Part shown: piece by piece, positions 26,985 to 34,464 of the stretch
How the letters are laid out: every line of letters begins with the position of its first letter
How positions within the stretch are numbered: position 1 is the stretch's first letter
Program-made: the position numbers and the translations under genes
Notes under the pieces: model-generated
What the model was told of the DNA's origin: nothing
The model's database searches: none
Seen by the model: only the letters and a program-made list of their open reading frames with translations
Origin: Candidatus Onthocola stercorigallinarum
GTDB lineage: Bacteria; Bacillota_I; Bacilli_A; RF39; UBA660
Assembly: GCA_018715145.1 (NCBI GenBank)
Contig: DVMD01000095.1
Location: forward strand, 1-54,740
DNA length: 54,740 bases
Direction of reading: 5' to 3'

Positions 26985-27058
26985 TGGAGTATCCAGTAGG
27001 ATTCGAACCTACGGTTAAGGATTTGCAATCCTGTGCCTTTCCACTTGGCTATGGATAC
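26985..27058 (-). tRNA. trnC: Phage-encoded tRNA-Cys (anticodon GCA)
   Basis: The reverse complement reads GTATCCA-TA-GCC-AAGTGGAAA-GGC-A-CAGGA-TTGCAAA-TCCTT-AACC-GTAGG-TTCGAAT-CCTAC-TGGATAC-T-CCA. That is a full cloverleaf with the U73 discriminator typical of tRNA-Cys. Confidence 0.85.
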
Positions 27059-27061
27059 ATT

Positions 27062-27087
27062 AAAAAAAGAACTATTTCTAGTTCTCG
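27062..27087 (-). terminator. Intrinsic terminator ending the structured spacer transcript
   Basis: The minus-strand RNA reads AGAACUA-GAAA-UAGUUCU-UUUUUU. Confidence 0.5.
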
Positions 27088-27300
27088 TTTGGGGGTTATT
27101 CGTATCTTTAATAGATACTGTACTAATGATACCTACGGATTTGAACCGTAATCCCACAGGGGTCGCTGTGCCTCTATACCGTTTAGGGGACTGTTTACCA
27201 AAACAGTTGAAACTTTCAAGGAATTGAACCTATTAATATCACCAGTACACTATCCATTAAAGGATAGCAACAGTTATCGGTTTCCCGATACTAGGACATA
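27088..27300 (-). ncRNA. Candidate structured RNA with a tRNA-like T-arm/acceptor module (alternative reading: cos/packaging site)
   Basis: Elements seen on the minus strand: hairpins UAUCGG-GAAA-CCGAUA, CUAUCC-UUUAAU-GGAUAG, ACUGUUU-UGGU-AAACAGU and CACAG-CGACCC-CUGUG. There is a perfect T-arm, UACGG-UUCAAAU-CCGUA (27134-27150). An acceptor-like pairing joins UGAUAUU (27235-27241) to GGUAUCA (27127-27133). The segment is locally GC-rich in a very AT-rich genome. Confidence 0.3.
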
Positions 27301-27379
27301 TACTACTCTAGGCAGCTATGTATGTGGTTTTATGCATGGACTTATAATTATCCACAATACCATTGTACACCAAATTAAT

Positions 27380-27409
27380 AGGACATTGTGAGACATTATG
27401 AGACATTTC
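27380..27409. repeat. Three direct repeats (A/G)G(G/A)ACATT spaced exactly 10 bp apart
   Basis: AGGACATT at 27380, GAGACATT at 27390 and GAGACATT at 27400 (plus strand). They straddle the stop codon of the regulator gene at 27396-27815. Confidence 0.8.
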
Positions 27410-27815
27410 TGCGTTTTTCTTTATTATAAAGTCTATGACACTGTTTAATACTGTAATTAAATAATTTTGATATGTCATTCCACTTCCAACGAAGATTATC
27501 TCTGAAATATACAATGCAATATTCTACAGAGTTATTTCTCATCATCTCTCGGATTTCATTTATAGCCATTTCCTTATAATCTTTGTAAGTCTCCATAACT
27601 ACATCAAATTCGTTTTCTAAATTCTCTTTTTTTATAACCCTATTTAGCATTATATCTCCTTTCATACCACCTTTGGTTACTACATCTTTCCAGGTAACTG
27701 CTGATATATTTATTAGTGTTCTATTATATTTATGAGATAATTCTATCAATCTGGATCTTATTACTTTCATTTCGTCGAATATCTCTTTTATGGATAATTT
27801 CTTTTCTAGTATCAT
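27396..27815 (-). CDS. Late-gene transcriptional regulator candidate (ArpU/RinA-like, sigma region-4-like C-terminus)
   Basis: 139 aa. It is the last gene before the packaging module. The C-terminal HTH-like segment is WNDISKLFNYSIKQCHRLYNK. Confidence 0.4.
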   Translation of the reverse strand: MILEKKLSIKEIFDEMKVIRSRLIELSHKYNRTLINISAVTWKDVVTKGGMKGDIMLNRVIKKENLENEFDVVMETYKDYKEMAINEIREMMRNNSVEYCIVYFRDNLRWKWNDISKLFNYSIKQCHRLYNKEKRRNVS

Positions 27816-28196
27816 TTATGCCTCCAGTTTTTCTTTTATATCATTTTCAGAAAGTATTCTGTATTTATATTCCGACTTTAATCGTTTTTGAGCTTTTCCT
27901 AGCTCTGATAACAACATCTTTCTGTTTTCTTTTTGTAGCAACTTATTTTGATGTTGCTTTAGCACTCTTAATAGCTCATATTCTTCCTTGTATTCTCTTC
28001 GTATTAATAGATTTTCTCTTAATCTCTTAATCATTCTATAGCTGGCTTTTGCGTCTAATTTATTATGTTCTATGTAATGATATAAATCACTTATAATTAA
28101 ATCATTATTAGATTGCAAACTAGGTAAATTATCGAAGTAAGCATCAATTTCATCTAACATTTTAGTTACTTCTGCTACTTTAGTTATTATATCCAT
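27816..28196 (-). CDS. Hypothetical helical protein
   Basis: 126 aa ORF with tight gene packing. Confidence 0.3.
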   Translation of the reverse strand: MDIITKVAEVTKMLDEIDAYFDNLPSLQSNNDLIISDLYHYIEHNKLDAKASYRMIKRLRENLLIRREYKEEYELLRVLKQHQNKLLQKENRKMLLSELGKAQKRLKSEYKYRILSENDIKEKLEA

Positions 28197-28273
28197 TTCT
28201 CTCCTAATCGCTGTCTATTTTGCTATTAAAATTATATAAAATAATATCATCTAACCTATTGATTATTTCTTCT

Positions 28274-28726
28274 TTAGTCATCGGTTACCTCACTTTCGTA
28301 AATATTTCCTATTACTTCACAATAACTAGAAGTAAGCCACAAATAACTATCAAAATCATTAACTTTAAATCTATTTCTTCCAAACATAAAAGCGCCATCT
28401 TTAAAACCAACTACACAATCTCTTCTACACAATTCTTCTTCAATTTTCGCATCTGTAGAACTTATTAATTTCCTATGCTCATAATCAAGTCTTATAATAT
28501 CTCCCTCATATATTTCTACACCATTTTTATCTTTTAAACCAGTCCACTGACACGGAATAAATCTATCTGGCATAATCATCATACTAGTTAAAAATCTAAA
28601 TCTAGGACTTAATGTCAATGCTCCGTCATTTTCCACTTCTATTGCTCCCAACTCTTGATAATCTTTTAAAGTAATAAATTTCTTTTCTGCATTATCCCAT
28701 ATTCTAAATTTTATTTTTCTATTCAT
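28274..28726 (-). CDS. YopX-family protein
   Basis: KIKFRIWDNAEKKFI ... QWTGLKDKNGVEIYEGDII ... VIGNIYE matches the characteristic YopX pattern. Confidence 0.75.
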   Translation of the reverse strand: MNRKIKFRIWDNAEKKFITLKDYQELGAIEVENDGALTLSPRFRFLTSMMIMPDRFIPCQWTGLKDKNGVEIYEGDIIRLDYEHRKLISSTDAKIEEELCRRDCVVGFKDGAFMFGRNRFKVNDFDSYLWLTSSYCEVIGNIYESEVTDD

Positions 28727-29075
28727 CTTTAGCTCCTATTATTTCTTTATATTCCCGCAAAATACCTAAACAAGCACCTGAATTTATAGCGTCTCCCATC
28801 ATATCAAATTCTTTTTCTTTATTTTTCAAATATTCTATAAACTCTTTTTGTTGTTCTAATAATGTTTCTACTTGAACCCTATTACAATGGCATTTAAACA
28901 TATTGTTATATAATGTTTGTAGCTCATCAAGTTGTTTCTTTAATTCTTGGTTTTTTTGTTGTAAATTAATAATTAAATAAAATAATATCAATGAATAGTG
29001 TAATTCTTCGCCACTTAAACTGTAGTTTTTAGTATTTTTTTCTAACCATTTAATTGCTTTTTCTTCTTCACTCAT
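28719..29075 (-). CDS. Small coiled-coil protein
   Basis: 118 aa, heptad-rich (QQKNQELKKQLDELQTLYN). Confidence 0.3.
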   Translation of the reverse strand: MSEEEKAIKWLEKNTKNYSLSGEELHYSLILFYLIINLQQKNQELKKQLDELQTLYNNMFKCHCNRVQVETLLEQQKEFIEYLKNKEKEFDMMGDAINSGACLGILREYKEIIGAKDE

Positions 29076-29420
29076 TTATTCCACCTCTTTTAATAATTTG
29101 TCAATATCGTTTCTCATATTGGTTATGTCATCATAAAAATCGTATTCATAATTTATAATATCTGATATTTTATTTATTACTTCTTTATATTTTTTACATA
29201 GTTTTTCTAACTCCCCATAAGGTAATAATATATCAGAGTTAGACACTTCATTTATTTTAATAGGACATACTTCTTTTAAAATCTCAATTTCTTTTCTTAA
29301 ATTATTATTTTCTAATCTGTATTGTTCTAAAAAATAACTTAAATTTCTATTATCATTTAATATCTCATCATATTTTTTTAAAACAATTTCTAATTCAAGT
29401 TCTTTTAAATTTCTATCCAT
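29076..29420 (-). CDS. Small coiled-coil protein, member of a tandem paralogue set (C-terminal ...LLKEVE)
   Basis: 114 aa. It shares the C-terminal L(L/I)KEV(E/G) motif with the next two genes. Confidence 0.35.
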   Translation of the reverse strand: MDRNLKELELEIVLKKYDEILNDNRNLSYFLEQYRLENNNLRKEIEILKEVCPIKINEVSNSDILLPYGELEKLCKKYKEVINKISDIINYEYDFYDDITNMRNDIDKLLKEVE

Positions 29421-29761
29421 TATCCTACCTCTTTTAATATAGCTAAAAGTTCTCTATATTCTTTGTATTCATTAATGCGACAATACATATCAGCATCAGG
29501 TTCAATTTCCCATTTTTTAAGATATTCTATTGCTTTATCTATTGTTTCTTTATATTTTTGATTTTCTTCTTTAATTATTTTATTTTTGAATTTTAAACTA
29601 TTGTAATCAATATAAGTTGTTATTAAATCCACAAGAGGTGTTTTTGCTAAATCAATATCACATGCTTTCGCTACATTCCTTGCCATTTGATTATAAATTT
29701 CATTATCTAAAACATCTTTTGTTATATCATCTTTAAATAATCGTTCATTATCTTTTTTCAT
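29420..29761 (-). CDS. Small coiled-coil protein, tandem paralogue (ENQKYKETIDKAIEY ... ILKEVG)
   Basis: 113 aa. A 15-aa block is nearly identical to one in 29763-30128. Confidence 0.35.
   Translation of the reverse strand: MKKDNERLFKDDITKDVLDNEIYNQMARNVAKACDIDLAKTPLVDLITTYIDYNSLKFKNKIIKEENQKYKETIDKAIEYLKKWEIEPDADMYCRINEYKEYRELLAILKEVG
29531..29569. repeat. 39-nt DNA repeat copy A shared by tandem paralogues
   Basis: tgctttatctattgtttctttatatttttgattttcttc differs from copy B (29895-29933) at 3 positions. Confidence 0.85.
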
Positions 29762-29762
29762 T

Positions 29763-30128
29763 TTATTCCACCTCTTTTAAAATATCTAACATTTTTTTAG
29801 AACATTGTGCAGGAAGATAATATTCTTTAATAAGTTTCTCATCTTTATTTCTTCCAATTACACATTCTTGTTGATTTGATTCATAGTATTTAATTGCTTT
29901 ATCAATTAATTCTTTATATTTTTGATTTTCTTCTAATATTTCTTTATACTTTTGAACCGCTAACTCTAACATCTGTCTATCAAATTTACCTTGCTCTAAA
30001 CCATTTATATAAGCCTCTGATAGCGTTTCTCTTATAATTGGTACTATCTTATCTAAATATATACAATCTTGACATATGCCTTGTATATGATCTTTTATGT
30101 ATTGTTCATTTAATTTTTCTTCACTCAT
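29763..30128 (-). CDS. Small coiled-coil protein, tandem paralogue (ENQKYKELIDKAIKY ... ILKEVE)
   Basis: 121 aa. See the paralogue motif above. Confidence 0.35.
   Translation of the reverse strand: MSEEKLNEQYIKDHIQGICQDCIYLDKIVPIIRETLSEAYINGLEQGKFDRQMLELAVQKYKEILEENQKYKELIDKAIKYYESNQQECVIGRNKDEKLIKEYYLPAQCSKKMLDILKEVE
29895..29933. repeat. 39-nt DNA repeat copy B shared by tandem paralogues
   Basis: tgctttatcaattaattctttatatttttgattttcttc. Confidence 0.85.
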
Positions 30129-30361
30129 TTACACCACCTACTAAGTATTTTTAAACAAGATTCCATTTCACTTCTAGTTCTTTCGTCAGTTGACATTTCA
30201 GCTTCTTGTTCAATTGAATGTAAACAAAAAGCTATGTCTTCTTTCATTTCTTCAATTTGTCTTTCTAAAGTAAAACATCTAATATCTCTTTCTCTGTATT
30301 GCCGAGATAATTTTCTGTTGCGTTCTTTTAAGTCTTTGATTATTTTATTATCTTTAGTCAT
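30125..30361 (-). CDS. Small helical protein
   Basis: 78 aa ORF whose stop and start codons overlap the neighbouring genes. Confidence 0.3.
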   Translation of the reverse strand: MTKDNKIIKDLKERNRKLSRQYRERDIRCFTLERQIEEMKEDIAFCLHSIEQEAEMSTDERTRSEMESCLKILSRWCK

Positions 30362-30722
30362 TTATTTCCCCTACCACATATTTTTGAGAATTAAATTGTT
30401 CTTTTGTTACTACATCCTCAATTTCAGATTCCGAAAAACAACATTCATTGTTCTTACTATCTGTATATATCCAGATGCGATTATTTTCGTCTTCGCTTAT
30501 ATCTAATACTTTACTACCGTTAACATAGTCACCAACTTCTATTAAATCTGTTAGAGTATGGCTTGCTTTAACAACATCGTTTCGTAATATTACTTGACTA
30601 TTCTTATCAATCTTTATTAATTCATTATCTGAACAATCTATTATTTTAGCTATTTTTGGTAGTACATATCCGTTAATTGCGCCACGAACATACCTTACAT
30701 ACATTCCTTCTTCTAATTTCAT
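30354..30722 (-). CDS. Hypothetical protein
   Basis: 122 aa ORF. Confidence 0.3.
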   Translation of the reverse strand: MKLEEGMYVRYVRGAINGYVLPKIAKIIDCSDNELIKIDKNSQVILRNDVVKASHTLTDLIEVGDYVNGSKVLDISEDENNRIWIYTDSKNNECCFSESEIEDVVTKEQFNSQKYVVGEIND

Positions 30723-30728
30723 ACAAAA

Positions 30729-30908
30729 TCACTCCTCAACTTTTATTACAATCCAACCACTATATTTAGTTCTTTTTTTGTATGCTGGCGTCATATAATG
30801 TTCTATTGTCTCTTTGCTTACACCGATTAAGTTTGCTAAATATTCCTTGGTTCCCATGTCAACAAATTTATCACCATGATACAAAGCATATATTGCATTA
30901 TTTTTCAT
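30729..30908 (-). CDS. Small HTH-like protein (59 aa, below the track cut-off)
   Basis: Hand translation: MKNNAIYALYHGDKFVDMGTKEYLANLIGVSKETIEHYMTPAYKKRTKYSGWIVIKVEE. The segment LANLIGVSKETIEHY is HTH-like. Confidence 0.35.
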   Translation of the reverse strand: MKNNAIYALYHGDKFVDMGTKEYLANLIGVSKETIEHYMTPAYKKRTKYSGWIVIKVEE

Positions 30909-31086
30909 TATTACCTCTATTTACTTTAGCAATTATTGTTTTTAACGATTTATTCTCTTTAGCTAATTTTTCATATTGTATTTTTAGCATATCATATTCG
31001 TTTTTCCAATAATTTCTTTGTTCGAAAATTTTATCATAATTTGCTAGTTTTTCTGCATCTTCTAAAGTTAAATATTTTCCGTTCAT
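30898..31086 (-). CDS. Small coiled-coil protein
   Basis: 62 aa ORF. Confidence 0.3.
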   Translation of the reverse strand: MNGKYLTLEDAEKLANYDKIFEQRNYWKNEYDMLKIQYEKLAKENKSLKTIIAKVNRGNNEK

Positions 31087-31889
31087 GATTCATCTCCATC
31101 AAATAAACTTGTCTGAACAGTTATATTTGATAACATCTTTTCTTTTGCTTCTTTATAAAAGTTTTTCTTTATTTCAAATCCATAACAATTTCTATTAAGT
31201 TCCGCACACGCTCTTAAAGTTGAACCACTACCAGCAACAGGGTCAATAACTACATCTCCCTCATCAGTAAATATTTCTATCAGTCTTTTTAATAATGATA
31301 TCGGCTTTTGAGTCGGGTGTATTTTAGGATATTCTTTAGAACTATCTCTTTTCCATTCAAACCAATTGAATATCATTTTTCCATTGTTATTAAATTTTGG
31401 CAATTTATCGCGATATAACACCACTGCATATTCTGCAGCACCAACTATTTTCATATTTGCTTTTAATACTTGAGCAGAATAATTCTTAATAAATACTAAA
31501 GGATAACTTTTCATAAGGCCATGTTTTTTCCCTTGTTCAATCACCATTGGAATTTGCTCAAATGCACAAAATATTATCATTGCTGGAGCATTACTACTTT
31601 TTCCTCTTTCTCCACTAACTTTAGGTTCTTTTTTTAGGTATCTAGTACAAAAATCAAAAAAATTATTTATCTTGAAATCATTATCTGTATCAAAAAAACT
31701 TTTACCAGCTAATTTAGATTCGCCATTTTTGTTATCGCCGTCCACATACCATTGTGGATTACTCGCATAAGCGTTATTTCCTAGATTATAAGGTATGTCT
31801 GCAATAATCAATTGTGCATGAGGTATACCATATCTTTTAGCATTTTCAAAATGATCATTATATAATTCTATTTTTAACTTTCCTTTCAT
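31083..31889 (-). CDS. DNA methyltransferase (N6-adenine/N4-cytosine family, beta-class motif order), orphan
   Basis: Motif IV-like IIADIPYNLG lies near the N-terminus and motif I VIDPVAGSGSTLRA near the C-terminus. No adjacent restriction gene is present. Confidence 0.8.
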   Translation of the reverse strand: MKGKLKIELYNDHFENAKRYGIPHAQLIIADIPYNLGNNAYASNPQWYVDGDNKNGESKLAGKSFFDTDNDFKINNFFDFCTRYLKKEPKVSGERGKSSNAPAMIIFCAFEQIPMVIEQGKKHGLMKSYPLVFIKNYSAQVLKANMKIVGAAEYAVVLYRDKLPKFNNNGKMIFNWFEWKRDSSKEYPKIHPTQKPISLLKRLIEIFTDEGDVVIDPVAGSGSTLRACAELNRNCYGFEIKKNFYKEAKEKMLSNITVQTSLFDGDES

Positions 31890-32107
31890 TTCTTCAACCT
31901 CGACTTCATTTCATGTTTAAATTTTTCTTTTTCATTTTTAAATATCCAGTGACCACACCAATCACAGATAGTTTTCACTTGGCTATGAAATAAATATTGT
32001 TTTCTGCCACAATGTTCACATTGTCTTTGATATTTTTCTCTAAAATCCATTTCATCATTGTAATCCCGTATTTTCATAAACCTTATCTTTTTCTCTCTCG
32101 TGTTCAT
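31886..32107 (-). CDS. Small zinc-ribbon protein
   Basis: 73 aa with CEHCGRK...CDWCGH. Confidence 0.4.
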   Translation of the reverse strand: MNTREKKIRFMKIRDYNDEMDFREKYQRQCEHCGRKQYLFHSQVKTICDWCGHWIFKNEKEKFKHEMKSRLKK

Positions 32108-32606
32108 ATTCCCTCATCATTCTTTCAAATTCGATATCATCTAAAGTAGGTATTCCGGCGTCTTTGCATTCTTGTTCTAGCCCTCGGATTAATTGAGTAA
32201 ACTCTTTAGTATTTAACTCGCGAGTTCTTTTATAAAACAAATAGTAGTCTCTATCAGCATCAGTTCTATACAACTTAGCATATGGATAATAACTACTTAT
32301 ATCTAACCCTTTAGGAACTATAGCACCAGCAAGTTTGCCATTATCATCTGTTGCTAAAGTTCCGTAAGAGGTATTAATATGAATTTTCATTTCTTCGTCT
32401 GAAATAGCATATCCACTATTTCGATTATATCTAGCAAGTTCATTGATTAATTTATGGAAATATTTGTTTGCTTGTAATCCTCGAACTGTTTTATATTCAT
32501 TTATAACATACACTTTAGATTGGTCTAGGTTAAATAAATACATAGCCAATTCTTTTGGTGTGCCAGATAAAGTTTTATTTCTACTCATATTTCCAAATAT
32601 ATCCAT
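32055..32606 (-). CDS. Recombination-associated protein (NinB/Orf-like, tentative)
   Basis: KTVRGLQANKYFHKLINELARY resembles the NinB-type RSL.QN..YW motif. The start may instead be the ATG at 32588 (MSRNK...). It lies in the recombination module. Confidence 0.3.
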   Translation of the reverse strand: MDIFGNMSRNKTLSGTPKELAMYLFNLDQSKVYVINEYKTVRGLQANKYFHKLINELARYNRNSGYAISDEEMKIHINTSYGTLATDDNGKLAGAIVPKGLDISSYYPYAKLYRTDADRDYYLFYKRTRELNTKEFTQLIRGLEQECKDAGIPTLDDIEFERMMREYEHEREKDKVYENTGLQ

Positions 32607-33105
32607 ATGATTTTTTATATTTTCCTAAACAGCAATATGAAATATCAGCTTTTTTATATCCTAAAGCTCTTTCTATTTCGCTAAGGCTATTCCATCTTTT
32701 AATAAAATTTCTATTTAAATCATATTGGATTACTGGTTTGCAGCCATTCTGTCTTAATTTACATACCGATCTATCTGTTCTTGTACCGTAATTTGAATTA
32801 TACTTTGCATCACACCATTCTAAATTACTTGCATTATTATTACATTTATTTTCGTCTATATGATTTACTTGCAAAAAGTTATATGGATTACAAACAAAGG
32901 CACTTGCTACTAGTCTATGAACTGTCTTCGTCTTTTTTTTATTATTCTTACACAAAGAAACAATAGGATATCCATAATTATCTAAACTTTGCTTAAGAAT
33001 TATTTCGCTAATATGACTTGTTTTTCTTTTTAAACTTTTAATTCTACCAAAATTGCTAACTTGATATAACCCTTCATATCCTTCTACCTCTTTCCAAATT
33101 TCCAT
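32581..33105 (-). CDS. Free-standing homing endonuclease (NUMOD4 + HNH_3 type)
   Basis: IWKEVEGYEGLYQVSNFGRIKS, HRLVASAF and VNHIDENKCNNNASNLEW. It is a paralogue of 26438-26971. Confidence 0.8.
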   Translation of the reverse strand: MEIWKEVEGYEGLYQVSNFGRIKSLKRKTSHISEIILKQSLDNYGYPIVSLCKNNKKKTKTVHRLVASAFVCNPYNFLQVNHIDENKCNNNASNLEWCDAKYNSNYGTRTDRSVCKLRQNGCKPVIQYDLNRNFIKRWNSLSEIERALGYKKADISYCCLGKYKKSYGYIWKYE

Positions 33106-33113
33106 ACGCTCTC

Positions 33114-33587
33114 CTAAAATGGTAATTCATCTTCCGTTAGTTGAAACTCCTCACCAAAAGCCTCATATGGGTCTGCAGTTGTTTGTAGAGAATTTGCAGA
33201 GGCTTCTGCAGAGTTTTCTTCAGAATTTTGATTTTTTATGTAATCTGGTTCAGTGGGTAGTGGTGCTTTATTTGGCTCTTTTAAATATATAACTCTACTT
33301 GCTAACACATAAGTTCTATATTTTTTGTTTCCGTCTTTATCTTCGTAATTGTCATTTTTTATTCTACCTTCAACGCAAATCAGCCAACCTTTTCCAGTGT
33401 ATTTTTTCATATTTTCTGCTTGAGTTTCCCATATTACACAATTAATAAAGTCTGCGGGTCTGTCATTTCCTTGGTCATCTTTACCATTATCAATAGCTAT
33501 ACTAAATTGTCCTACTGGTGTATTTGATTGTGTATATCTTACTTCAATGTCTCTGGTCATTCGACCTATTAATATTACTTTATTCAT
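33114..33587 (-). CDS. ssb: Single-stranded DNA-binding protein
   Basis: OB-fold N-terminus MNKVILIGRMTRDIEVRYTQSNTPVGQFSIAI..., and an acidic C-terminal tail ending DELPF. Confidence 0.9.
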   Translation of the reverse strand: MNKVILIGRMTRDIEVRYTQSNTPVGQFSIAIDNGKDDQGNDRPADFINCVIWETQAENMKKYTGKGWLICVEGRIKNDNYEDKDGNKKYRTYVLASRVIYLKEPNKAPLPTEPDYIKNQNSEENSAEASANSLQTTADPYEAFGEEFQLTEDELPF

Positions 33588-33599
33588 TATCTATCCTTT

Positions 33600-33998
33600 C
33601 TATTTTGCTTCCAATATTGGTAACCCTGCTTCAGTTGGAATGTAAATAGTTGTTGCTTGATTACCAGTCATACTTCGTACCCATAAATATTTAATGTATG
33701 TATCAGTAAGTTTTCCGCCTTCTATTTCCATTGCTTCGGCCATACCTTTTGCTCTTTCTACTTCTGCTTGAGCATTAAGTTTTTCTGCTTCTAAATTTGC
33801 TTTTGCCTCCTCAATCAAAACTTGTTTAGAATACTCTGCTTCTCTCAACTGAGCCTCGCCTTTTAATCCTTTACTCCAAACACTATATTGTGGAATAATC
33901 CACATTAGTAATCCTACAATTATGCATATAAAAGTTACAATCATAATGCCTATAACTGTATATCCTAATCCATTTAAATATCCATCATTATCTTTCAT
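33600..33998 (-). CDS. Membrane protein with a coiled, SPFH-like C-terminal region
   Basis: 132 aa with a TM helix (VIGIMIVTFICIIVGLLMWII) followed by an Ala/Glu-rich helix. Confidence 0.35.
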   Translation of the reverse strand: MKDNDGYLNGLGYTVIGIMIVTFICIIVGLLMWIIPQYSVWSKGLKGEAQLREAEYSKQVLIEEAKANLEAEKLNAQAEVERAKGMAEAMEIEGGKLTDTYIKYLWVRSMTGNQATTIYIPTEAGLPILEAK

Positions 33999-34323
33999 TT
34001 TTTTCCATCCTTTCTAATTGTCTTTCAATTTTATATCGCATTATTTTTTCTAAATCTTTATTAGATATTTCATAATATTGTCTGAATTGTTCTAGCATTA
34101 CATAACAGTCTGCGATTTCTTCGGCTATGTGAGAAATATTCTCATCAACTAATTGCATATATTCATCATAGCTATATTCATTAGCTGTAGCCACATCGTA
34201 TTTAAATTGTTCAAATCTTATAATTGCTTCATTGAGTTCAAATATTTCACTTTGAAAATATTTGAGTTGTTTTAATAAACCATAATGTGCAATTATTTTT
34301 AATAAATTATCCTTCATTGCCAT
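33988..34323 (-). CDS. MazG-like nucleotide pyrophosphohydrolase
   Basis: 111 aa. ELNEAI ... HIAEEIADCYVMLEQ follows the EExxE/D metal-binding helix pattern of MazG-type proteins. Confidence 0.55.
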   Translation of the reverse strand: MAMKDNLLKIIAHYGLLKQLKYFQSEIFELNEAIIRFEQFKYDVATANEYSYDEYMQLVDENISHIAEEIADCYVMLEQFRQYYEISNKDLEKIMRYKIERQLERMEKNER

Positions 34324-34329
34324 TTTTCA

Positions 34330-34461
34330 TCACCTTCCTATATCATAATCTTCAATACATTGTTCGCAGACTTCGCCAATTCCACCATTAATCATACCTT
34401 CAGTATCGTACAACTCATCTGTTTCTTCGCCACATAGTGGACATATTATTGTTTCTTCCAT
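34330..34461 (-). CDS. Small zinc-ribbon protein (43 aa, below the track cut-off)
   Basis: Hand translation: MEETIICPLCGEETDELYDTEGMINGGIGEVCEQCIEDYDIGR, with CPLC...CEQC pairs. Confidence 0.35.
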   Translation of the reverse strand: MEETIICPLCGEETDELYDTEGMINGGIGEVCEQCIEDYDIGR

Positions 34462-34464
34462 AAC

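Noticed and set aside
27088-27300. A second bona fide tRNA (Thr-GGU or Leu-CAA) next to tRNA-Cys
   Set aside because: The T-arm and acceptor pairing are good, but the acceptor strands are 115 nt apart. The candidate anticodon hairpins have 6-nt or 4-nt loops (CTGTT-TTGGTA-AACAG, CTATCC-TTTAAT-GGATAG). The D-arm lacks GG. It is therefore not a canonical tRNA and is reported only as a tRNA-like structured element.
27033-27514. Track ORFs 27033-27227 (+) and 27308-27514 (-)
   Set aside because: The first overlaps tRNA-Cys and the structured spacer. The second overlaps the 3' end of the regulator gene in another frame. Neither has an RBS, so both are treated as spurious.
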